Source of the DNA: an uncultured Acidimicrobiia bacterium
Lineage (GTDB): Bacteria; Acidobacteriota; Vicinamibacteria; Vicinamibacterales; UBA2999
Assembly (NCBI GenBank): GCA_963795125.1
Contig: CAWCGQ010000004.1
Span: forward strand, 701,842 to 765,841
Reading direction: 5' to 3'
DNA: 64,000 nt
The position numbers were made by a program, and so were the translations under genes. A model generated the notes under the pieces. It saw only the letters and a list, made by a program, of their open reading frames with translations. It was not told the DNA's origin and did not search any database. This document shows, piece after piece, positions 54,843 to 64,000 of this stretch; the first letter of the stretch is position 1, and every line of letters starts with the position of its first letter.

Positions 54843-56693
54843 GTGGCCATCACCGACGACACGCTGAGCTCGCTGAAACCCTGGATCACCTTCGCCGGCG
54901 CCGTGCTGGTGATCGCGTCCTGTATTGGGCGCAGGCGGTGCTGGTGCCGATCGCGCTCGCGGTCGCTGCTGTCGTTCGTGCTCGCCCCGCCGGTGACCTG
55001 GCTCGAGCGCTGGATCGGCCGCGTGCCCGCGGTGCTGGTCGTCGTCACGCTGGTGTTCGCGCTGCTCGGCCTCGCCGGCTGGGGCCTGATGCGCCGGGTC
55101 GACAACCTCGCCAACGACCTGCCGACCTATCGCGTCAACATCGCCGAGAAGATCGCCGACATCCGCGGCGCCGGCAAGGGCGGCACGGTCGAGAAACTGC
55201 AGGACACGCTCGAGGAGATCAAGACCGACCTCGGCAAGGAGGACGCGCCGAAGGGACGGGCGCCGCAGCGCGTGTCGATCGACACCGCACCGGAGGGCGT
55301 CATCCCCGGCTTCGCCTGGCTCGGCCCGATCATGGGACCGCTCGGCACCGCCGGCCTGGTGGTGGCGTTCGTGATCTTCATGCTGCTCGAACGCCGCGAT
55401 CTGCGCGACCGGCTGATCGGCCTGATCGGCCACGGCCGATTGACCGTCACCACCAAGGCGTTCGACGAGGCCGGCTCGCGCGTCAGCCGGCAGCTGCTGA
55501 TGCAGACGCTGGTCAACGGCATCTACGGCATCGCCGCCAGCATCGGCCTGTATCTGCTCGACGTGCCGTACTACCTGGTGTGGGGCATGCTCGGCGCGGT
55601 GCTGCGCTACATTCCGTATCTCGGCCCGGTGCTCGGCGCCGGCGCGCCGATCCTCGTCAGCCTCGCCGCGCTGCCGGGCTGGATCGGTCCGCTCTGGGTG
55701 ACCGGCATGTTCATCGTGCTCGAACTCTTCACCAACCTGTATCTCGAAACGGTGCTCTACGCGGGCGCCGCGGGCGTGTCGCAGGTGGCGCTGCTGATCT
55801 CGGTGGCGTTCTGGACCTGGCTGTGGGGACCGCTCGGCCTGCTGATGGCCACGCCGCTCACCGTGTGCCTGGTGGTGCTCGGCAAGCACGTGCCCGGCCT
55901 GACGTTCGTCGGCACGCTGATGTCCGACAACCCGCCGCTCGCCGCCGACTACGGCTACTACCAGCGGCTGCTCGCGCGCGATCCGAGCGAGGCCGCCGAG
56001 CTGATCGAGCAGCACATCAAGAACGAACCGGCGGGCACCGTCTACGACGCGCTGCTGCTGCCGGCGCTCAACTACGCCGAACGCGATCGACTGGAGAACC
56101 GGCTGTCGCCGGAAGAAGAAGGCGCGGTGATCAGCGCGACGCGGGAACTGCTGACCGACGTCGCGGATGCCGATCCGCCGCCTGCAGCCGCGGTCCACCC
56201 AGACGAGCCGACCGAGTCGCCGGCGACGTCGCCGGCCCTCGCGAACCGTTGCGCGTCCTGGGCTACGCCGCCAACGGCGTGGCCGACGAACTGGCGCTGG
56301 CCATGCTCGCGCAGGCGCTGAGCGACCTGCCGATCGTCATCGAGATCACCACCGAGCGACTGCTCGCGTCGGAACTGGTGGCGCTGGTGCGGAAGCAAGA
56401 GCGTGTCGGTGATCTGCCTGGCCGACCTGCCGCCGAGCCCGCCATCGAAATCGCGTTACCTGATGAAGCGACTCCACGCTGCGATGCCCGATCTGCGCAT
56501 CATCGTCGGACGATGGAGCCCGCCGGCGATGGCGGATGAGAGCACGCAGGCGTTGAAGGACGCGGGCGCGACGCTGGTGGCGTCCACGCTCGTGGAGACG
56601 CGAGAGTATCTCGAGGGTTGGTCGAGATCGTGCGAGTGCCGAGCTCCTACGACGAGCAGCGAGCCGCAGCAATCTCCGAGCGCTTCCGCTTGA
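54843..56693 (+). CDS. AI-2E (PerM) family transporter with C-terminal cytoplasmic extension; frameshifts
   Basis: RDLRDRLI, RYIPYLGP, WLWGPLGLLMATPLTVCL, YYQRLLA; 3' end approximate. Confidence 0.8.
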
Positions 56694-57819
56694 ACACGCG
56701 CATCCAGTCGTCGACGGTGACCGGGCGCTTCTTGCCGTCGGCACCGTCGATCTGCTTCGCCGCGCTTGACGACGTTCGACACGGTGAAGAGATCGCGAAT
56801 CTGTCGATCGCTCAGCTTCGCCAGCTGCGTCGGCCAGGAAGCGGCGGCCGGCTTCGCTGATCATCGGATCCTCGAGGCTGCCGGTGAACGATCGCGGCAT
56901 GTCGGCGACGCACTTCTTCGCATCCTTCCAGATCACCGTGCTGTCCCAGTCGGCCAGGTTCATCTTGCTGGAGTTGAGCAGGTGGCCTTGCCGAACGAGC
57001 CGCCGAGGTCCTTGATCACGAGCCACGCTTCCGCGCAGGTCTCGTTGCCCTTCGGCGTCCTTGCGCTTGCGGCCTTCCTGACGCAGACGATTTCCTGCTG
57101 GCCCGGCTTCGAATCCGAATGCTGGATGAACACCGCGAGCAGCTTCAACGCATCGAGCTGCGCGCGCGTGGCGCCGCCGGGCTGTCGTGCCAATCTTGTC
57201 GAGCTCGGGAAACGCCCAGCCCTCGTAGCCGGGCACTTCCACCGCGCTGCCGCTCTCACGCTCGATCACCGCCGGATCGTAGACCTCGGTGTCGGTGTCG
57301 CCGGGATTGCCGCGCTTCCAGTCGTCGCCGCTCGCCCAGAACGGATCGTCCGGACAATTGCGGCAGGTGACCTTGCGTGGGATACATCACGTCGGCCTGG
57401 AAGCCGAGCGCCCACAGCAGGCGGCTGGCCGCCACCTCCGCGTAGACCTCGCCGTTCTTCTCGCCGTACTTCACCTTCACCACATCGTCTTTGCCGAGGT
57501 CGCACTGGAACTTCGGCGTCATGCCGGTGAGCGGCTTGTCGGGAAACACGAACGTGCACGTCACCGCGGCGGGGATGCGCTGCGACGCGGGCAGCACCGG
57601 GCCGCTGATCATGTTCAGCGACGATGTGTTGATCGAGCGCCAGACGTTGGCGCGCTCCATCACCTGCCTGGCGTTCGTCGACGCTCAGCTTCTTGAGCGT
57701 GCGCGGACCCTTCGGCGCCTCGGTGTCGGGATCGGGACCAAAGCGCCCGCTCGCGCACGCCGGTGAGCGATACCGCGAGCAGCTGGCGAGCGCGCGAGAA
57801 TCAGCTCAGCTGGTCGCAT
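56647..57819 (-). CDS. Hypothetical probable lipoprotein with kinase-like motifs; many frameshifts
   Basis: TPKF...KVKYG..NGEVYAEVAASRLLWALGF, HSDSKPGQQ, IKDLGGSFG, ISEAGRRFL. Confidence 0.55.
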
Positions 57820-57852
57820 CGAGGTCATCAGCAAGCCTGCAGGCTTCGTTCG

Positions 57853-58585
57853 CTAGCTCTCCAGTTCCGACTTGAGCGCGCGCATCCGCGCGCCGAGCGC
57901 CATCAGCTCTTCGCGCGCCAGCGCGGCGCGGGCCGCGGGGAACATCACCCGTTCCTCTTCCTTGATGTGATGCGCAATGCTTTCCTTCAACACCTTGAAC
58001 TTCGCGCCCCACTTCTCGTTGTCCTTGCGGACCTTGTGGAGCTCCTTGATCAGGATGTCGGCGACGTGATGCTCCTCGATGCCTTCGAGGACGACGTCGT
58101 GGGCCTCGGCGTGGGGGCGCAGCGCGGGATAGAGGATCTGCTCCTCGATCGCCTCGTGCACGGTCAGCTCGCTGGTCAACGCCTTCAGGATGTCGCCGCG
58201 GCCCTTGATGGCGCGCTCGGTGGTGGCTTCACCATCCTCGAGCAGCTTCTCGAAGCGGCGGTGATCGGTCTTCGAGCAGCTCGATCGGATCGTTCTCGTT
58301 CTTCGACCAGGGCAGACGCTTGGCGATGGTCGCGACCGCGATCGCGGCCATGCCGCGGGCAATGTTGCCGACCGAGGCAAGCGTCGACTGCTTCTTCGCG
58401 GGCACGGCCTTGCGCGTCGCCTTCGCGCGCGCGGCGACCTTGCTCCTTGCGGCCTTGCTCTTCGGCGCGCTTCGGCGCGACGCGCTTCGACGCTTTTGCG
58501 CTTCGGCGCCTGCCGCTTCGCCTTCGTTGGCTTCGCCTTCGTTGCCTCGGTCTTCGTTGCCTTCTTCTGCCGTCTTCTTAGCCAC
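57853..58585 (-). CDS. Hemerythrin/HHE domain protein with Lys/Ala-rich N-terminus; frameshifts
   Basis: DHRRFE, HEAIEEQILYP, EEHH, HHIKEEE..MFP; GGAGG RBS before GTG 58585. Confidence 0.8.
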
Positions 58586-58668
58586 GTCAGCCTCCGTCTC
58601 AGACCGCTCCTGATCGATCTGCAAGAGGCAGGCCAGCTGAGGCGGCAAAGCAGACTAGAATGCGCGGC

Positions 58669-61083
58669 ATGGCCGACTGGACTGCCGCGTTTCGCTACGC
58701 GTTCCGCACGCTGCGCCGCCAACCCACCTTCACGATCGTCTCGATCCTGACGCTGGCGCTCGGCATTGGCGCGAATACCGCCATCTTCAGCGTGATCAAG
58801 ACGGTGGTGCTCAACCCGCTGCCGTACGAATCGCCGGAGAAGATCGCGATTCTGTGGGAGGTGAATCCCGACGGCAACCAGGGCCCGGTGTCGGTGCCGA
58901 CCTTCGAGGACTGGAAGCGCGAGGCGAAGACGCTGGAATCGCTTGCCGCGTATCGGCACGTCGACTTCTCCTTCAAGGGCCAGGGCGATCCGCAGAACGT
59001 GCCCGGGCCTGCGCGCGACGCCGGAGCTGTTCAACGTCCTCAAGAGCAACGCCGCGCTCGGACGCACGTTCACGGCGGATGAGAGCAGTGGTCGGCGCGG
59101 ATCGCGTGGTGGTGCTCAGCCACGGCTTCTGGTCGCGCGCGCTCGGCGCGGATGCGGTCGGTCATCGGACGCACCATCCAGCTCGACTCCGTCCCCTTCA
59201 CCGTCGTCGGCGTGATGTCGCCGGCGTTCGAGTTCCCGACCAGCACCGACGTGGAAGTGTGGACGCCGCTGGCGTTCGATCCGAAGGACATGCACGGGCG
59301 ATCGCGGCGCGCGCGGATCGCTGACGGTGGTCGGACGCATCGCCGGCGACTCCACGCCGCAGCAGGCGCAGGAGGAAGTCAGCGTGATCGCGGCGCGCAT
59401 CGCGAGCGAGTTCAAGGACAGCAACGCCGGATGGACGCGCGCGCGTGGTGGCGGCGCAGGAGCAACTGGTCGGCGCCTCGCGGCCGGCGCTGATGGTGCT
59501 GATGGGCGCGGTGGGATTCCTGCTGCTGATCGTCTGCGCCAACATGGCCAACCTGCTGCTGGCGCGGCTGTCGAGCCGCCGGCGCGAGATGGCGGTGCGC
59601 GGCGCGCTCGGCGCGAGCCGCTGGGAAGTGGCGCGGCCGGTGATCGCCGAGAGCCTGCTGCTGTCGTTCGTCGGCGGCGCGCTCGGCCTGGCCGGCGCGT
59701 TCGTCGGACTGCGCATGCTGGGCACGATGAAAGAAGCGCAGCTGCCGCGGATGGATCAGATCCAGCTCGATGGCGGCGTGCTGCTGTTCACCACGGTGAT
59801 CGCGATCGGCGTGGCGCTCGCCTTCGGCTTGCTGCCGGCGCTGCATGCGTCGAAGCAGGAGCTGCGCGACGTGATGCACGAATCGTCCGGCAGCACCGGC
59901 GGTCCGTACGCGCGTCGCCTGCTGAGCGCGCTGGTCGTCGTCGAAGTCGCCCTCGCGCTGGTGCTGCTGGTCGGCGCGGGCTTGATGACGCGCAGCTTCA
60001 CGCAAGCTGCTGCAGGTCAGCCCGGGCTTCGATTCGACCAACCTCGTCGCCGCGCGGGTGTTGCTGCCGGCCACCAAGTATCAGCGCGCGACGCAGGTGC
60101 GCTTCTACGAGGACGTGATCGAGCGCGTGCGCCGCGAGCCCGGCGTGATCAACGCGTCCGCGGTGTCGGCGATGCCGCTGCACGATGTCGGCGCCGCCGG
60201 CGCGCTGCCGTTCAACGTCGAAGGGCAGCAGCCGCCGCGCACCGAAGATCCGCTGGCCGACGTCCGCATTGTCGCGCCCGGCTACTTCGAGACGATGAAG
60301 ATCAAGCTGCTGGCGGGCCGCTTCCTCGACGAGCGCGACGGCGAGAAGACCGCGCGCACCAGCGTGATCAACGAGACGATGGCGCGGCGATACTTCCCGA
60401 ACGAGAGCCCGCTCGGCCGCATCATCCAGAATCCGCACGGCAAGAGCGAAGTGGTCGGCGTGGTCGGCGACGTCCACAACCAGGGGCTTGCGATCGAGAT
60501 CCGAAGAAGCAGGTCTACCTGCCGCTGAAGCAGAGCCCGACCGCCGGCATGGCGCTGGTGGCGCGCACCGAGCGCGATGCCGCGTCGTTCGGCAACGCCA
60601 TCCAGCGCGCGATCTGGGAGGTCGATCCGGCGCAGCCGATCTACGAGCTGAGCACGATGGATCAGATCCTCGCGCGCGCGGTGTTCCTGCCGCGGCTCAG
60701 CACGACGCTGCTGGCGATGTTCGCGATTGCCGCGCTGCTGCTGGCCGCGCTCGGCATCTACGGCGTGCTGTCGTATTCGGTGTCGCAGCGCACGAAGGAA
60801 ATTGGCCTGCGCATGGCGCTCGGCGCATCGGGCGGCAACACCGTGGCGATGATCGTGCGCAGCAGCGTGGCGATGGTGGCGATCGGCGGCGTGATCGGAC
60901 TGATCGCCGCGACGCTGCTGGCGCGCTCGATGGCCGGCATTCTCTACGGCGTCGGGCCGTTCGATCTGCCGTCGTTCGCGCTGGCGCTCGTGACGCTGAT
61001 GATTGCCGGCGTGGTGGCCAGCCTGCTGCCGGCGCTGCGGACCACGCAGGGTCGATCCGGTGGTGGCGCTGCGCGAACAGTAG
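58669..61083 (+). CDS. ADOP-type duplicated ABC permease (MacB/FtsX domains); several frameshifts
   Basis: TLALGIGANTAIFS, LLIVCANMANLLLAR, GIYGVLSYSVSQRTKEIGLRMALGA, DPVVALR. Confidence 0.88.
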
Positions 61084-61088
61084 CGCGC

Positions 61089-64000
61089 CTAGCGGCGCGC
61101 GGGGGCCACCTGGCCGAGGAGCCGGGTCACTTCGTCGAGGTCGACGGGTTTCACGAGGTGGAAACCAAACCCCCGCTCGCGAGACAGCTGGCGGGCGCTG
61201 TCGCTGCCGTAACCGCTCACCGCGATCAGCAGCTCCGGCGGATGCGGCAGTAAGCGCAGGCGCTCCGCCACCTCGAAGCCATCCATGAACGGCATGCCGA
61301 GGTCGAGCAACCCGGCGTGCGGCGTGAAGGTTTCGGCGAGGCGAATCGCGGCGGGGCCGTCGGTGGCAATCAGCGCCTCGAAGCCGGCGAGGGTCAGCGC
61401 CGTGGCCAGCATTTCGGCCGCATCCCGGTTGTCGTCCACCACCAGCACACGAACGCCGCTGCCCGCGCCAGGCCGCGCCGCCGCGGGTTGCGCCGTCGCC
61501 GCGCGATCCGCAGGCTGCGGCGCCGCCGCCGGGAGCGAGACCACGAATTCGCTGCCGCGGCCGCGGCCGGCGCTGGTCGCCGCGACCTCGCCGCCGTGGA
61601 GTTCGACCAGGTTGCGGACAATCGCGAGCCCCAGGCCGAGGCCGCCCTGGGCGCGATCGACCGCCTCGCGTTCCTGGACGAACAGGCTGAAGATCGTCGG
61701 CAGCATCCTCGGCTCGATGCCAATGCCCGAGTCGCGCACGCGCAGCTCGATACGCTCGCCGTTGCGGACGGCGGTTACCGCGATGGTGCCGCGCGGCTCG
61801 GTGTACTTGGCGGCGTTGTAGAGCAGATTGAAGAGCACCTGCTGCAGCCGCATCGGGTCGCCGTCGAGCGCCAACCCCTCGGGCGCGACCTCCACCGTCA
61901 GCAGGTGTTGCTTCTGCTCGAAGATGGTGCTGGCCGTCTCGATCGCCTTGGCGACGATATCCGAGGCTTCGACGCGCTCGCGCTTCAACTCGATCTTGCC
62001 GCGGGCGATCCGCGACACATCGAGCAGGTCGTCGACCAGGCGAACCACGTGGCGCACTTGTCGCTCGATGATGGCGCGCTCGTTTTCGGCGCCGCGGTCG
62101 CCGCGCAGCGACATCAGCTGCAGCGCGGTGAGGATCGGCGACAGGGGATTACGCAGCTCGTGCGACAGCATCGCCATGAACTCGTCCTTGGCGCGATTGG
62201 CCGCTTCGGCCGACTGGCGGGCGTGGTCGATGTCTTCGAGCAGCCTCAGGAGGCGATCGTTCTGCACCGCCGTTTCGCGGCGCAGCTGGCTCAAATCGAG
62301 CTGCGTGCGGACGCGGGCCACCAGCTCGCGCGCCGAGAACGGCTTGATCACGTAGTCGTCGGCGCCGGCCTCCAGGCCCCCGACGCGCGCGTCCTCACCC
62401 GACCGTGCCGACAGCATGATCACCGGCGTCATCCGCGCGCCCGGACGCCGCCGCACTTCCTGCAGCAGCTGCACGCCGTTCACCTCGGGCATCATCACGT
62501 CGGTGACGATCAGATCGGGCACCTGGCGATCGATCCGCTCGAGCGCGTCGCGGCCGTTGGCGGCAAGTTCCACCGTCCAGCGTCCGGCGAACAGGCGCCG
62601 GAGGTAATCGCGCATGTCGGCGTTGTCGTCGACCACCAGGATGCGCGCCTGCGCCTCCGAAGGGTCGCCGGGCCCGGCCGCTCGATCCGCCACGCGGTCC
62701 GGCAGATCGGCGTCGGCCATCCAGCGCCGCGCCTCCTCGACATACGCCCCGGCGTCCACCGCCCGGCCGCCGCCTTCCGGACTGGCGGCCGCCGATTCCG
62801 CGGCTCGGACCGGCAGCGTTACCGTGAAGGTGGCGCCTCGTCCTTCGTCGCTCGCGACGCGCACATCGCCGCCATGCATCCGCGCCAGTTCGCGTACGAG
62901 CGACAGGCCAATGCCCGATCCCTCGAAGGTGCGCGCCGGCGTGCCGGCGACGCGGTGAAAGCGGTCGAAGATGCGCAACTGATCCGCGGCCGGAATGCCC
63001 GCACCGGTGTCCTGCACGCTCAGTTCGACCGCATCGTCCAGTTCGTGCAGCCGGACCCGCACCGTACCTTGAAGCGTGAACTTGAAGGCGTTGGAGAGCA
63101 GGTTGAGGACGATTTTTTCCCACATCTCCCGGTCAACCATCACCGGACGCGTGAGCGGCAGGCACCGCACCTCGAAGCTCGAGCCCGGCCTGTTCCATCA
63201 AGGACTCGAAGGTCCCGGCGAGCTCGCGCGTCAACGCCGCAAGGTCGGTGGCCTCGAACACCGCGGCGGCGCGGCCGGCCTCGATGCGCGAAAAGTCGAG
63301 CAGGGTGTTCACCAGCCGCAGCAGCCGGGTGGCATTGCGGTAAACCAGTTCGACATCGTTCCCGGCGAGCCGCACGTTCGGCTGCATCAACGCCTGTTCG
63401 AGCGGCGCCAGCATGAGCGTGAGCGGCGTGCGGAACTCATGGCTGACGTTGCTGAAGAAGGCCGTCTTCTGCCGATCGAGCTCGAGCAGCGCCTGGGTGC
63501 GGCCGCGCTCTTCCTCATAGGCGCGCGCATGCGCGATGGCGGTGGCGATCTGGTCGGCGACAAGCGCAAGGAAGTCGCGGTACTTGTCGTCGAGCATCAG
63601 GCGCGGGCTGAGGCCCGCAATTAGAAATCCGTATGGGTGCGGCAGACCGGGGCGCACCACCGGCAGGATCAGGGCCGACTCGACCGGCTCGGGCCACGCC
63701 GCGCCGAGCGTTTCCCCGAACCTGCGCCGCACGTCGGTCACCACCCGCGGCGCCGCGGCCGCCTCGAACAGCGGCCACGCCGAATCGGCGTCGCCCTCGC
63801 GAACGAGGGCGGGGGCGAGTGGTGCCGAAGACGACGAGACGACGACGGCGTGCTGGGCCGTGGCGTCGAGCGAGTAGAGGATCGAGAAGGGCAGGTCGGC
63901 GGGGTTGGCCTGCAGCATGGCGGCGGCGCCCTGCCAGGCCGCGGTCTCGGCCTGCGCCAGCGCGGCCTGTGAAGCCAGCTCGCGCAACAGGCGCAGCCGG
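61089..64000 (-). CDS. Hybrid sensor kinase (GAF-HisKA-HATPase-REC-HisKA-HATPase-REC), 5' end outside the window; frameshift near 63170
   Basis: SHEFRTPL, NLLSNAFKF, VVDDNADMR, SHELRNPL, GLGLGL, VVDDNRD. Confidence 0.9.

Overview
GC-rich bacterial DNA. Gene content (ADOP-type permease, wHTH-TolB fusion, BNR-repeat protein, many secreted peptidases) points to Acidobacteriota, probably Vicinamibacteria-like; this is inference. About 1-38 kb is mostly core or metabolic: TonB receptor, katE, a peptidase cluster, iorAB-like genes, LytS/LytTR, a REP-associated tyrosine transposase with REPs, a PIN toxin-antitoxin pair, an SSS symporter and two paralogous DUF3553-like genes. At 38.7-40.5 kb lies a non-coding tandem array with a 417-bp period, built on a ~250-nt rod-like hairpin. 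Diverged copies of the hairpin core recur at 44.7 and 46.2 kb, each upstream of a different toxin-antitoxin operon, inside a probable defence island (44-53.7 kb) that also carries a PLD-helicase-DUF3427-type gene and a TM0106-type nuclease-helicase gene. 53.8-64 kb holds membrane, stress and signalling genes. Many genes have single-base frameshifts, most likely sequencing errors. No rRNA, tRNA or CRISPR array was seen. All family names come from motif recognition by eye, not from database searches.
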